DNA of 64,000 bases, from the NCBI GenBank assembly GCA_036172245.1, contig JAYWIR010000024.1, positions 2,728,001 through 2,792,000 on the forward strand. The letters are read 5' to 3'. Of the stretch, positions 11,601 to 25,599 are shown piece after piece. Below the pieces are notes generated by a model, which searched no databases, was not told the DNA's origin, and was given only the letters and a program-made list of their open reading frames with translations. The DNA is from Raillietiella orientalis (Eukaryota). Position 1 is the stretch's first letter. Each line of letters opens with the position of its first letter. The position numbers and the translations under genes were made by a program.

Positions 11601-14399
11601 CCTGCTCGCGCTTGTCGGAGCAACGCCCGCCGCACAGCGCGCGCGTGCGGGAACCGAGGACGAGGAGGCTTCCCGCAAGAGGTGGCCCGATCGACGCTTG
11701 TCGCTCCTCCTCCCCATCCTTCCTCTTCTGGCATCCTGAGACGGAAGCTCCGTCCGTGAAGCTCCGGACGTCCCGTCCTTTCGCGTGCTCTCATGCCGTC
11801 CGTGCGCCAACGCGAGGGTGGAAAAAAAAAGAAAAAGAAAGGGGTGCATAGGGTGAAGGTGGAGATCGGAATCTCCTGGAAAGAAATTGGACCCAACCCT
11901 GCTTCTAGAAGTGGGGAGAAAGGAGGAAGGAGGTACCTGCCTACATCCCGGCAGGCATTTGCAGCTGCCCGTCACTGTGGCGGCAGTCTCTCGAGCACCG
12001 CGTCTCCGGGAAGGGATGTTTCGTGTTATTCCCGGTCTCATCCCGGTTTTCCCCTTTGCGGGAAGAAATATGGAGCCCGGTGGAGCCCCCATGTTTCCTT
12101 CGGTCGTGGTTTTCCGCCGTGTCGCGTCCGTCGCCTCTTCGTCATCGTCCTCTTCATCATTATTGGTCTTCGCCGCGAGATCTCACTCTGTGGAAGAGGG
12201 ACTTCCGGGAAAGGAGGGCGCGCAAAAAAAGAGGGATAAGAGGAGGGGGAAGATAAGAGGACGAGGGGGGAGAGGCGTCTTGAACGACAGGGGTGGAAAC
12301 TTCCGTCCCCATCCGTGGAGGTTTCGTCCCCATCCTCTTTCCAGACGAAGCCCCCTATCCGTCTCCCGCGAGCAGTGGATCTCTCCGTCGGAGCTTCCCC
12401 CTGCCCTCCCTCCCCTTCCTGCAGCGACCCTCTTCCGCTCGTTTGCTCCTCCTTCTCGCTCCCGCCCCTCCGACCCGCTCGTTTCCTCCTTCGCCTTTCC
12501 GCCGCCGCCGCCGCCGCCCGTCTTCCCCCCTGCCCCGTCCTCCCTCCCCTCCGCGGGAAACGCCGTCCGTGCCGGCGGCGGCCTCCGCGTCTTCGGGCGC
12601 GCGCTTTGACGGTTCCCCCAACCCGCCCCACCCATCCCCGCTCCTCCACCCCGCCGCCCCGCCCCCGAGTCCTCCGACTCGGCTTTGCTCACCCCCTCGG
12701 GAAGTCGGAGAGTCGGCTCCGCGGCGCCGGACACCTCCGAAGGTTCGTCCCCGGCGGCTCCCTTCCTCCCCCGCGCGCAGGCGCGATCTCCGACGTGCCG
12801 AGGTTTTCCTCCCCCCCCCTCCTCCTCCTTTTTTCGAGCGCTCCTTTGGGGTAAGGAACAAACGCCTTCTCATCCTCCTTCTTCGAAGAACCTTCGAGTG
12901 AATCGCTCCTGCCAAAGGAAATCTTCTGCTTCTCTTCCCGCAGATGGGAAGGGGGTTGCGCTCCTGCGCGGAACGGGCATCTACATTTGGGGGGGTATTC
13001 GTACCCCCCTGCCCTTCCTCCTTCTCCCGCGCGACCTCCTCTCCAGGCAGTGCTTTCCCCAGCCAGTCTCTCGCCGCAGCTGCGGCTGCTGCTTGCGCTG
13101 ATCCACAGTCCTAAAGGGAACTCAAGGGTACGCTCCATCCTCCTCCCCCTCTTCCCACGTGTTCTCGTTGTTTTTGAGGAGGGAGGGCAACGGACCGTTC
13201 GTTGACGTCGGACCTTCCGGAGGCGGAGCCGCCCGCCCGGGATTTCTCCTCGCTGTGCCTCTCTCCCGCTCCGGCCCACCGGCCTCCGGGAGCTGCTTCT
13301 TTGCTTCCCGGTGATTCCAGGCCCGTAGCAACGGATTTCTTGTTTTCTTCTCTGCCTCCCGCGTGATGGCTTCTCCCGTGTCGCCGATGCCATCGCGGCA
13401 AGTCATCCATCTCCCGTTGTCCTTCCAGCTTCTTCTCTCCCCTTCCCTTCCCCTTCCGTCCTTCCGCGTGCAGCACGTGGGCGCTGGTCCGGACGTCTGA
13501 CGCGAACCATCGATCTCGCAGAATCCTAAGACAAACAGCCAGACGGCTCTTTCCTGCTCGGTGGCTCCCAGCCGTCCACGCTGGTCAGCGTGCTGCGCTG
13601 CCCTCCTCCTCCGGGAACCTCGTCTCGTGCTTCCCCTCCTGCCTTTCCTGCTTGCCTCCATGAAACAGCGTGGCTTCGCGCCGCTTCTTCCGCTCCCAGG
13701 GGACCCACGCAAGCAGGAAGGGGGAGAGAAGGGGTCGAAGGGAGAGAGAAAAAGAACCAGCCGCGGTTCCCGCGGTTCCCCCTACCCTTCACGACGAGAA
13801 GGGTGCAGAGGGACGCGTGTCGAAGAGAGGTCGAACACTGGCTCCCATCTCGAAAGCGTGTCTTCTCCCTGAGGTTTTTTCTGGCGTCTTCGGCATCCTT
13901 CGCGGAAGGACGGCGCCTCCGCACCGTCCAGAGTTCCCTCAAGCAGCAAAAGGTGGCAACATTTCTTTTCCGGCCTCAACCTTCCCAAGATTTAGATCCC
14001 TCTTCCCCTCACCCCTTCCTTCCACGCGTTTCACGACGTACGCCAGGTCAAAGACCGATTCGAGACTGACGGCGGACAGCGACCTCTCGACGAGAGGAAC
14101 GCGAAGGAAGGAAAGCAAAGAAGAAAGGAAGGAAGGAGGAGAAGAAAAACACGCAGAGCGGCTGAAAAATTTCCTCCTTTCTACCATCGCTCGGGTGTGG
14201 ATCCAGGGACTGCTCGTGTCCCCGGGGCCATGCGCGCCCTCTCTCTCAGCTTACCATCGCTTTCCCTTTCTTGACCCCTTCCCTCGCAACGGCAGTCCCC
14301 AGCGCGGTCGCTCCCTGTTGGAGGCAGCTCTACCTGCACCGAATGCTCTCTCTCCCCCTCTTCCCTCGCGGCGATGCAGCGCTGTCCTTTCCCTAACCT

Positions 14400-17250
14400 G
14401 AGGGTAAAAATGAGGGGTCGCCGATTGGCAAACGGCTGCCGCTGCTGTCCTTCGTGCGACTGATCTCAGAGCGCCCCTGACGAGGGTGGGAGCTGTTTCC
14501 GAAGGAACCTCAGGAACGCACGTCCTTCTCTTGTTTCCTGCCGGGATGGAAGTGGCATTTTGAGTCCCGCACCTACCTGTTGTGCGGCGTGTTGATTCCG
14601 CCATTCGTCGTCCCCTAGACTGGGACCTTCGAGCGGCCGCAGTAGCTCTTGGAGAGGAGCGCTGTGCATTCGCGATCCTCCTCGGGAGGGGGAGGGGTCT
14701 CCTTTGAGTGGACGTTTGGGGTTTCCTTCGAACACAGCGCGCTTGCTTCGCTCCCCCGTCTTCAGGTCGGACGCTTGGCTGCGTCTACCTGAGAGCCTGT
14801 CTCCCGTTTCCACTGCTTGAGGGTCTGCGCGCGCTCCGAAACCACCGAACGACTCTTCGATGTTCCTTTCCCAGCTGCAGGTCAGCCGAGGAGGGGGTAG
14901 GGGGGAAGGAATGCTTCGTGCATCTGGCGGCTTCGCATGGGTGACGCAACGCTCAAGCGTACGAAAATGGCGGACGCCATCCATGAAGACCTCAGGCCGG
15001 AGCTCTCCCTTAGAGCCTGGTTTCCTCGACCTCCGCCGTTCCGCAACGTTTCGGGAGCGCCAGCGTACGGCTCCTCGTTTCTCATGATCCCCACGTGGCC
15101 TCCGGCGTCGTCTCTTCAGCGCCCGGTTTCGTTCCGGCGGTTTCAGGAGCAGGGCTCGGGCGGACCGAAGCCTGTCCTCCCTCTCCACCGCAAGGGGAGG
15201 CTGCCCTAGATGCAAGCAGGTTCCCGGTTCGCTTCTCCGTCGCGAGATCGAGGGGATTGGGGGACGGCGGTTTTGAGCGAAAGGGGAACGAAACGCTCCA
15301 GGTACACCCGGCTTTTGGTGGAAACTCCATCCCGTTTGAAAGCGCGGCTCCTGCTTTTGAAAAACGAGCTCTGAGGCGACAGGAGCAGCAGCCTTTGTTC
15401 CCTTTGTGTGCTCGCGAACATTGTCTGGAAGCTGCCTCCAGCGCGTTTCGGGACAAAAAGACCGAGCTCGGTGGAAGGTTGAGCGGAGCATTTCCAGGTA
15501 ATTTCCAAACAGCCCGGAGCTGCACTTAGCAACCCTGCGAGAGTGTTCGCATCCGGAGATCGCAGCCGTCCCTCTCGCAGGAGCGAGGATGGGGTCTCGG
15601 GAAAAGCTGGCCGCGCCAAGATCAATGCTTTGTTTGTCATGGAAACGGAAAACCCGGTGCCAAGCAGCAGCAACCGCGGCTCGAGCAACTCTTAACGGTC
15701 ACGTAACGACCACACCTCGAGCTGCAGCGAAGTGGGGCCTTTCTCGAGGCGAATTCATTCGCAGCTCCCCCCATTCCTCGCTGTAGATCCTGCTGCCCTT
15801 CAGCACGGAAGGATCTCCCAGGATAATGTTTGCAACCAAGCATCCCTGGTTCTTGGTACAGTCTGGGAGCACTGCTCGAAGAAGAAAAAAAACCGTTTGA
15901 TTGACCCTGCAAAGCACCGGAACGGAGGTTGTCCGCACACCGCGGCTTGCGCTCCCCCTCTTCGGAAATCACCGGCAGTTCGCGAGTCGCCTTCGAATTG
16001 GTCCTCAGTGGGGCGCGATGTGCCGTTTCCAAAGCGACGCCCGTGTGGGAAGACGACTGTCCGTGTTTCCAGCAGCTTCCTAAGTCTCGGGCCACCCTCA
16101 AGTAATAGGCGTGCCTGCATACACCACTCGCAGCAGTACACAAAGAACATGCGTTCACTGTACACTCATTCTTATGAGTCATCTGTGGTAACGGGAATCC
16201 AATACAAGAAGTTGCCCTGTAGGACTTGCGTTCACTGGATCTCTTCTTGGTTCCCGATGCCGTCAGTTTCACTGGAGAGTTACGCCGAAGAGTGCAAAGT
16301 GCCCTTCTAGTGCCTCAGTGTGGAAGCGTGACCCCGTTTTCCTTGCCTGCTCCCACACCATAGCCTTGCAATCTCCAGGATGTTCCCGGGAACACAGAAC
16401 CATTCTCTTTTGCATTGTCTCGTGGAGCTCGGTTTGCAGTTTGACCCTCCCTGGGGGGCTTCCACCGGACATTCGTATGAACGGCAGCAGAGCAGCACGA
16501 CGGAGACCGAAATCTCGGGTTGCCTAGATGCCGCCTCGTGCGCAGCTCGTAGCCAACGTCGCCCGCTCCTGACCCCGCTCTGGGATCTGCGAAAGGGCTC
16601 GAAAACGGCCTCATAGCCCAAACCATCCGCATCCAGGTGTGCACCGCTGTTAGTCTTGGAATCTTTGTAGTGCAGAATAGGTGACTGCAGAGCTGCGTGG
16701 GCAATTAGCAATTAGTCGATCCTGCAAAAGGGATCTGTGGCTCGGAGCGATGCATGCAACGATCGTGTAGGGCAGCAAGTTGTTTTTTCGATATCGCTTT
16801 TTTTCGTAAGCTATCGACCCGACTGCAGCATCAGCGGAGAGCACCTCCCTATCAGATGCGACAGTGCGCTGACTTTTCAGCGTCTTGCGGGCTCGGGGAC
16901 TTTGCACGATTGGACGAGCAAACGCGGAAGAGGGCTCTCCCCGCAACAGCACTCGCAGTTTCATCGACCTGTCCAGCATCGTCGTGGCGGACATGAGGTC
17001 TGGTCCGACTGGCGTTCAGGGGTGGGGGTGGGGGGGCGATCCCTTTGCGAGGTGAGGGAGGCTTTATCGGATGGGTCCACCTTTGCGTTTCGAACATTCC
17101 ACATCTCTCTCGTCACTGCAGATGTGAGCGTGTCGTCGATCAAAGTTGCGCTTGCCTTGCATTTCGCCGTCGCGCGGGTTCGGATGCTGGAGTCTTCTTC
17201 TGGCTGATCGACTAAGCTGGTCTGCTCTCCGTCGTTTGTGGGATGTCCCG
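14400..17250 (-). mobile_element. Highly decayed L1/Tx1-like ORF2 remnant
   Basis: Minus-strand fragments appear in the expected order: LRGEPSSAF (GEKxT/SxxF-like, ~16940), SPPGRVKLQTELHE (KSPGxDGxxxEFY-like, ~16450), KSYRATS (NWRPIS-like, ~16220). Motifs are degenerate. Confidence 0.35.
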
Positions 17251-18299
17251 GCTGGTCTGTCGCTTAGGAACGATGTCGGCAGGATTCCTGCGCGAGATTT
17301 CTTCCTCTTACTGCTGTTTTTTTTTTTTTTTTGAGGCGGGGGGGAGGAAACACGTCCACGAGGATTGCTCTCCGAGAATGCAGCTTGGCATTGCAGATGC
17401 AAAGTGAAACGCGCCTCCTTGGAAACCGACTTGATTACAAGAGCAGCGCAGTTTCCTGAGGTTTTTGAAACTAGCATCGATAGAACTAGTGGGAGAAAGG
17501 AACTTTTTCGACGAAAAAATTAAGAGTGTTGTTACATCCCTGACGTCATAAATGGATGCATGCTTCTAATGGAGAAGAGCAACAGGCACGACCTCGCTTC
17601 CATGCAGACGCGGTTCAAAGATAAGCTTATAAGTAAACTTGCCGATGGAAGACCGAAAAGTCTTCAAGAGATGATAGGATTGTCCTCCAGTTCACAGAAT
17701 CCTCCTGGAATGTAAGGGGAAAGATTTTCATCATGTAGATCATCATTGTCTGGGAGATCTTGACTTCTGTATTCTAAAGTGAGAGTGGTAACACGTCCTC
17801 GTTATCGGGAAACTGAAGAAACAAAAATAGATGCGTCTCAAATAAGAAGTCGGCAGGAATGAATTCTGCCTCGCATATTCCTGCATCTATCCTGTTATCC
17901 TGTAGGCATATCATCAAGTATGTGAAGTATCCTGAGACTGAGAGAAAAAAATGCACGTGGAGGTCAAGCTAGAAGCAGCAAGGGGTGCGAGGAAGCAAGG
18001 CAGGATGGACCGTCTGCGAATTCGGACGGGACGCTGGTGATGAACGAACTCCGTCTCAGAGCTCTGCATCTATTGAACAAATGCTCTCAGAGTCCTCTTG
18101 GGCTTGTTCTCCAGATTAAAAAGAGGATCTCGCGAACACATCAGACAGGGAGACTGCAGACGCCACGTAATCAAAGTTGATTAAGAAAATAGGCTTAGTG
18201 ACTAAGTTGACTTAGTTATGCCGGAATCGGATGAGGGTTTTTTTCGGGCAAAGTTGCCGAAACGAAAGAACACCTCAATTGAAGGGCGCGAACCGACAT

Positions 18300-21200
18300 C
18301 TCCGGGACGTTGAGAGCAGAAGCTTTTGAACTGTACCAGCAAAACCTGTGGCTCCGGAAGGAAAGTCTTTGGAGCAGTTGATTCGAACGCCCGAATTTTC
18401 GCGGCCTTTTAATTTTCCGCATGTGGAGTTTCCCGCCTGCAGCATGCTAATGTGGCCATCGTTGTCCCTGACTTAATGATTAAATCGATCGGACGGTTTG
18501 GTCCAGAGGTGAGGTGAGAACTCCCCTATTTATTGTCGATTGCGTCAGATAAAGGATCAGTCAGCTTCCCGGAAGCTCTTTCGTCAGGTTTGCTGGCGAA
18601 GATCGTTGATTCGGACACTTATTGCCTCATCGACAAACTGACCTTCCCACAAATTATCTTTCGCCACACCCTGAAGATTTCATGCGCCGTTCCCGTTCTC
18701 GGGGCCTTCATTGCTTTGAACCTCCATCGATGCCAACAGACGAACTGTTGACAACGCGTCGTTGCTTCTGCTTCACGAGAGGAACTTCCCACCGGAAGTA
18801 GAAACTTGTGCTCTTTGAGAGAGGAATCTCTTTCACATCCTCCGCGAGTGCGAATGGTTCATGAAGGGCGTATCATTAGGGAATGGATTCATCTCGCAAC
18901 AAGACGAAGCTTCCAGCAAGAGGAAGGTTTCCAATCTCGTGATACAAGCCGTGGCGGTGAGAAGGAGCGGCTCCAGCGTGAACTCTGGGAAATTTTTGGA
19001 ATGTGAGACCAACCCTGAGAGCAAAAATGGTGATGACAGTGAGAAACGGCATGCTAGCGTAAAGTGTTCCCATGGAATCGAAGGCCATAAATCCCCGTGA
19101 AAGGTCGTGCAGAGGTGTGTGACCATTAATTCGACGTTGAAATATTCCGCACAGATCACTGTGATCCGAAGACAGTGTTCTGCGAAGACAAAAGAACTGA
19201 CCAATCGGGTTCAGATTCGTCACCTTTGGCTAGAGTTGCCTGGAGCTCTCGCGAAAGGAAAGAACCCGGATGGCGAAGGTGAGCAGGATGAGGCCGCAAA
19301 GACGCAGAGACGTCTGCAAGTTTTGGCGTCAAGTGAAAGAGGTGAATAAGCAGCAGCGGCTACTGCAAGAAAGGGTTGAGTAAACAAACGAAAAACTTGA
19401 CGGAGACTGAGAGCCACCTAAGCACGTACCTTAACAAGAAGCCATAACAGGGATGGAGGCATTTTTTTTTACCGGTTGAAGTTCGATGCTTGCACACTGG
19501 TCACCAGCGCTTAAGAGTAAACGATGATAAACATGAAGACTCAAGCCACGGAAGAGGCTGGAGAATAGACTGAAGGTTTCCTTTGCTTAGGTCTGCATAC
19601 CAAAAAACGAAACGACTCATACCGGTGCATCGGCTTCTCAGAGGGGAAGGCGGTGAGTGTGCGGAGTGGTTTTTCTTTGCTGGAGGTCTTCATTTCAACG
19701 GAAGAAGTAGGAAACGTAGCCAGGATGAGGCTAGAAGAATTTTCGTTACCACCTAAGTTAATTACCGCCCAGTTTTTCTGCGTCGTGCTTGCATGTCCCA
19801 TGAGCTTTCCAGCTGGAAGCTGGAACGACACGAAAAAAAAATTAGCAAGCAGCATTGCCACCTTCTCCTTGAAAAATGCGACTTTCGAACTGCTTAGAAG
19901 GAATTTCTTCAGAAGCGTTTCCCTCTCATCCGTTCGGTTCGTGGATCGGAGATCTCTTGGCATGGAAAACTGAAGTCCCCCTTGGGAGTCGCCAAGATAC
20001 GCTTCCTGTGTACACACATGCAAAACTCGGGAAGCTTGGTATGGGCGATTTTGGAAAATCGTCCGGGAATCAGCATGCAGGAAATCACAGCTATGCGCAG
20101 AAGGATGGTTTCTCGCGACCGGGACCCAGGTGCATCCTTCCAGCATTATTCACTTTTGCTTCGTCTCGTGTTTACGTGCTGCTCCTGGCAGATGCTCTCA
20201 GAGTCACTCCCGGGTATGTGGAACGTGCGGCCGGAACATTTTCCGTGTTTCTAGATGACCTTCTATTCAATTACTCCTCCTCTTACTTGTTTTCGGACCT
20301 TTTTCCAGTGGGGAGGAAGCTTTTTTTTTTTTTTTTTTTTTTTTTTGTGTGTGCGTGTGTGTGTGTGTGTGTGTGTGATTCCATTTCTTTTCGGTGGTCA
20401 CTCAGCGATCCATTGCGATGTTATCCTCTCTTTTCCGTCGAGTTCAAGGCGCGGACAAACGCAGCTGAAATTCCCGAAGAGGTTGATCGTCGCGGACCGC
20501 GCACATCTTGGTCTCTGGGAAGCGACGCTAGCTGTTCCTGTTGCACAGCTTCCTTAGAGCCAAACTCATACCCGGCGCTCCGGTTTGCAGTAATCTCGGC
20601 TTATGGAATCGCGAGGATAAATGGACTCACGGGTGTTATGCAGGGAACACTGAAAGCCCATTAAAGAATGCAATGTTTTGTTGTTTTATCGCCCTTCATC
20701 TTTCCGAAAAGGTCTCTCCCGAAGCCCTTGCGTATTCTTCCGGTGCTGGCTGTTGTTTTGGCAGCCGATTTTCCGATGATGGTGCGAGAAGCTCACGCGT
20801 GATCAAAAGACGTCTCTGTGCGAATAGTATTGAATGTGATCATATTATTGTGAAGGTCTGGTAAATAACTATTACTTCTGGATACCTCTCGAGTCGTATT
20901 GGCCTCCGGAAATTTATTGCAGCCATGAAAACTTTCACCTTGCCTTGTGTCCGGTAACTAGGAGATAATTCGAAAGACAAAACGAGCCCGCAACGTGCAG
21001 GTCCTTTATGCGTATTGGCGTGTTCATTCTGTCCAACTAAATCACTTTTTCATGATTCTCAGAGAGCAGTCGACCGGAAAATTCTTTCTCGCTAATTTAT
21101 CGCCGCCCTCATGAATTCAGATTTGGGTTTTTTAATCCCACAGAAAGAATTCGTTGGGCTCTGATAGAGCAACGCTCTCTGGTTCTCCGCTGACTCCACC

Positions 21201-22600
21201 ATGGCAACCACCAGCATCCCGACCGCTTCCCAGGTGCGCGAATGTGGAATGTATGCCTTTGTGCGCGACCTCGTCGCACATGCCGTGCCTCTTCCGTGCC
21301 TGGGAAGAAGGCATTTGTGACTTCTGGAAAAGATTCCATCTGTCAGCTGGGAGTAGCCTATTTCCTATTTGCAGCTTGTCGCTTCTCAAGCGCCTGGTTG
21401 ACCACTCAGGAACAATCGCCATCTTGCGGATCATCTTTGCACATGTCACTCCCTCTCCTTCGGATGTTAAACTGAAAAAATAACCCAAGCAAGTTTTTCG
21501 AGGTGTTCCCACAGCGCGATGACCCGTTTGACAAGCTCGCAAGGTCTTTTTTTTTTCATTCTTTCTGCTACTGCTGGTGATCGAGGCGCTCGGTTTGCAC
21601 GCACGCACGCACGTGACATTCACTCGCTGAGAATAAAAATCACATCACAGAAACGAAGGCCGCGCTTTGCTTGTTTGTTTGTTTTTCTAAAAATGCTCCT
21701 AAGAGAAGGTACGTACACTACCATCCGTCATGCTGTCCAAAAGTAACAAGCTTTCGGAACTTCTCATTGAGCGGAGGACAAATTTGTTACTCGTCACTGT
21801 GCTCGTCATTATTTCAGGAAGGAGCTGCCGCTATTTCCTCCATTTATTTCGATTAAGATGGGTATCCTGAAAGGTTAAAGTTTGAGAATATTGGTCCTAT
21901 GAGGGCGTCCGTCGTTTTTCTCTCTCCCAGCATTCTGGGGAACATCTTCGTTAGCCAACTGCAGCTCCGTGCCGCACGTGCTTTGCGTGTCCGCCCCGCT
22001 TGAACGACGCGTCTGCGATGCGCACACATCCCACCGCATCACCTGCAGGCATCCGTGCCATTCTATACTCCATCACTCGCTTTCGCCAATTTCTCTAACC
22101 AGGTCTGATGTGAGTTTGTCAAGCGCCAAGCGCAACCTGCCTCCTGCGTGGGTCCGTCCATACGGACGGCGCGTCTTCTCATGCGACAGGGAAGGGGAAG
22201 TTCCTCGTAGGAACAGTTACGCATACGGAAGCAGCTGAGGTGGTCTCCGGCCAGCAGCACTCACGAGCGACCGTACCCGTGCGCCGGAAGATCGAGTTAG
22301 CGTAGCCCTCATGTACGACGCGGAAGACATGTTTGTCGTTGCGAGGCAACGCGCTGAATGCCATGCAGACCTCGTGGCTCGGCAGAGTGGCAGCCGGCAA
22401 CGACCTCATGGGCTCGGATCAGGGCTGCTCGTGGACGAAACGGCCGATTTCGCGGTTGACGGTGAAAGGTGAGCTGGGGTGCAGTCACCCGTTGTGCCTC
22501 TGCACGAGGGGTGACCGAACGATGGATCAGGTCTTCGACTGACAGGACAGAGCTTTCCCATCGCGGCCGTACGAAAAGAGAATCTGAGAGCTTCGGCGGA
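18300..22600 (-). mobile_element. Highly decayed L1/Tx1-like ORF2 remnant
   Basis: Minus fragments LTFHRQ (~22460) and QEAYLG (post-RT KYLG-like, ~20000) are in plausible order. Weak. Confidence 0.25.
20320..20377. repeat. Poly-T followed by (GT)n microsatellite
   Basis: Direct reading. A similar compound repeat in reverse orientation, (CA)n plus an A run, is at about 22709-22745. Confidence 0.9.
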
Positions 22601-22706
22601 TGCAACCGAAAGATGATGGTTTTTTTCTTGCTCGTAATGTTTGTCCTACGCAAGAAGACACACGAATGCACACACTTTAGCAAATTCCATGCGGCGAAAG
22701 TGGAGA

Positions 22707-22741
<35 letters not shown>

Positions 22742-23793
22742 AAAACAAATTTGAATTCTCGGATCAATTAGGATGATGCAAATGAAACAGAGAATTATGA
22801 ATAAGTCTGCGCATCTCCCATTCTTCACCAGCCAGCATTCATTATATGAGAACGTCTTGCATCGCATTAGAACGTCGCACAAAAACAACCGAAAGTCACG
22901 ATGTCGAGGAAAGGGCTCATCCGGAAAGTTGGGTAGCAGCGAGGGGAGGGGATCGCAGAGACGACCCTATTCAACCAGATGATTCGGAGGAACCGGTAAC
23001 GATGGGGGTGGAGAACGCTCGGTGGCCAGGACGCGCTTCAGCGTGTCCGCGGTTCAGGAGCCTTCTAAAAGTCCTGTGTGGTCCGAAGCGACCCAGCAAA
23101 TCTCCAGTTCGAACTCGGCGTTGACGACCCACTTGATCTATAAATCAGCTGCTCCCTCACTCTCCAGTACCAGCTGAATGTGTTCGTTCTCTTGTGCGCC
23201 TCCTCGGCACTGCAGTCCATTCGACAAGGGACCCTTCCGTAAGAAATGTCGTGCACTTGATATGCGGGTAGATAAAGTCGTGCTCTCTTCAAGCCAAGTT
23301 TTGAAAAACGTGTTCACTGTGTTTCATCCCGAGATCGCATCGAAGATACCAGGACGATTCCCGTAGGAAACCCTCGGGATAAAGCCCTCGGACAAATTTT
23401 TTTTTTTTCCTTTTTGTTCACGAAGAAAGACAAAGAGTGCTCAAGTGCTGACGGCATCCGCATGATGAACGCGAACATCTGGAGAACCTCTTTGAGCCGG
23501 ACGGACGGAAAGCTCCCATATCATTAACATCTCATTTCTTCCTCTTCCTCGTTTCTTCCTGCAGTTCATTTCCCTTTCTGTTTCTTTTCAAGTTGGACTG
23601 CTGTAGCTGCCCTTGGGTTAACTGTTGCTTATGCCTTTCTTTGTGCTTTTCGTTTTTGTTTTTTTTTCCTTTCCTTTGGTCGCTTGATGCCGAGAGCTTC
23701 CTCCGGCGAAGCAGTTGATGTCAAATCTTTCGGATTTATTTATTTATTTTTGCATTTTCGCAGAACCGAAAACGGAACATCTTCCTGTTTCAG

Positions 23794-24039
23794 GACGGAA
23801 CGGGCGGAGATCTGGACGGTCTCGCATCCAGGTACGCTGACGAATTCCAAACCCACTATCAAGACGTTTTGGACCACCTCGAAGAGATACGAAATCAGGA
23901 ATGGCAAGAGATAGCCTATCGACTTCGTCATCTCGAAAACCCTGTGTGCTCAAACTCCCTGACTCCGTTCACGACATCTTATCCCCTTGGAATCAGTGTT
24001 AACGCTCATCAGCCACTGTACGTTCCTGGTAGATACATG
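23794..24039 (+). CDS. Coding exon 2: SASH1/SKIP-like N-terminal conserved block
   Basis: Acceptor cttcctgtttcag|, then DGTGGDLDGLASRYADEFQTHYQDVLDHLEEIR...QPLYVPGRYM, then |GTAAGT. 246 nt, phase 0/0, in frame with exon 1. Parallels recalled SASH1 [33 protein letters not shown]. Confidence 0.9.
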
Positions 24040-25599
24040 GTAAGTGCTCCCTCCCTGTGTTTTTTCCGAGAGCGGTTCCTGTCCTTCCCGAACGGCTGAA
24101 ACTGCACTCGCGAGCGGGACGCGGGAAAATAAACAGCGCCAGTAATTAACCCGGAAGAACCACGGATGCGATCTTTGCACCGTCCGCCGCTCGCGCGCGC
24201 GTTCTCTTTTATTGCTGTCAGCCTGGCCTCCCCCTCCCGAAACTTCTGAGACAAAGTGTTACTTTGTGGGAGAACTTGCTTCGGCGTGTCGAATTCTTAC
24301 GGCATCAGGGAAAAACTCGACGCAACTCGAGCCTGACAGGGACGCCCATCCGCGTGACGAAAGCACGCCGACCTGTTCTATCCCGCCTAGACCGTTCGCG
24401 TTCCAGAGAGCGAAGAGGAAAGGAAAGGAAGCAAAAGAGAGAGAAGCTGGTGCCATCCTATCTTTGCCGAGATCGCAGATCGAACTCGCATGGGCAGGAG
24501 GGCAGCGTGAAACTTGCTTGAAACTCGGCAGTGTTGTATCCTTTAATCCCTCGAGTTTGGGGAATCGGAGTCTTCGGAGGAACTTCGAGCTGATGCAGGC
24601 TCGGTCAAAAAAAAAAAAAAAAAAAAAGAAAGAAGGAAAGAAAGAAAGGGAAGAGAAGAGAAAAGGAAAAGATGCCGGCTCTGATTGTATTCCTGCACTG
24701 CAGCGTCGCTGCTGATTTGTGCGATGTTTTATAATTTGCAACCCAGCCATAAATCAGCGTAATCCTGAAGGATGTAATGGCATCCATTAATCGTTAAGAT
24801 AATAGGTTTCCTTGGATACACATCCGATCAGGGTGTAGACAAATCTGTTAACGCAAAGAGCAAACATTTTTCTATAATTAGGAGAAGATTCCGTTCTGCA
24901 GCGGGAAGGTTTTCAGTTAATTTGTTGATACATCGCGTTGGAAAGTGCTGCGGATGCTGTGATCCCAGTGCATCTCAGTGTGCCCGGAACCCGATTGAGT
25001 CCCGTATTTTTGACGAGGATTTCGCGTTTCCCGCATGCAAATCTTCAGCTCCACGCGCCAAGACATCGCGTTAGAGAATTCGAGAAATCGTGTAACCCCC
25101 ATCCACCGTCTCCAAGAGTGCCGAAAGGAACTGCATCCGTGTAGGTGCAACGAGGCAGTAGGTTGCTCTTCCGTGCATTCGGTGAACTTGCTTTCGTCTG
25201 CACCTATTTCTTTCTTGGACGTCGTCCTTTCGCACCGGCTCCTTCGATTTCGTTGCCGTACCTCCTATTTGTGGAATGTCCCTCTTTGTAGTGCACCTTC
25301 GGATGTAATCTCTTCGTCATTGCTAGGCGATCCATCCCAACCCACTGCTAAACCAATGGAAACACAGAAGATTGGCCTCTTCCTTCGCCATCTTTCAGAA
25401 CCAGAGAGAACTCCATCCATTCATCTTGATTTATTGCATAATCTCCTTTTAAGTTCCCCCTTGCCTTCTACTTCTGTTTGCCAAAATTATCCGAAAAGAG
25501 AATAAAATCAAAACCCTTGCAATTTTTCACAGCTTCAGTTGTGAAATTGCGTCATTCCGGAACGGGTGGATAGAAAGAAATGAGCTCGCAGGAGCTCTT

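Noticed and set aside
10488..12092. 534-aa minus ORF, plus similar long ORFs at 37431-38657, 40437-41504, 47313-48386 and 50162-51463
   Set aside because: R/G/P/S/A-rich, overlapping ORFs in several frames and no recognisable domain. Expected from stop-poor GC-rich sequence or decayed repeats.
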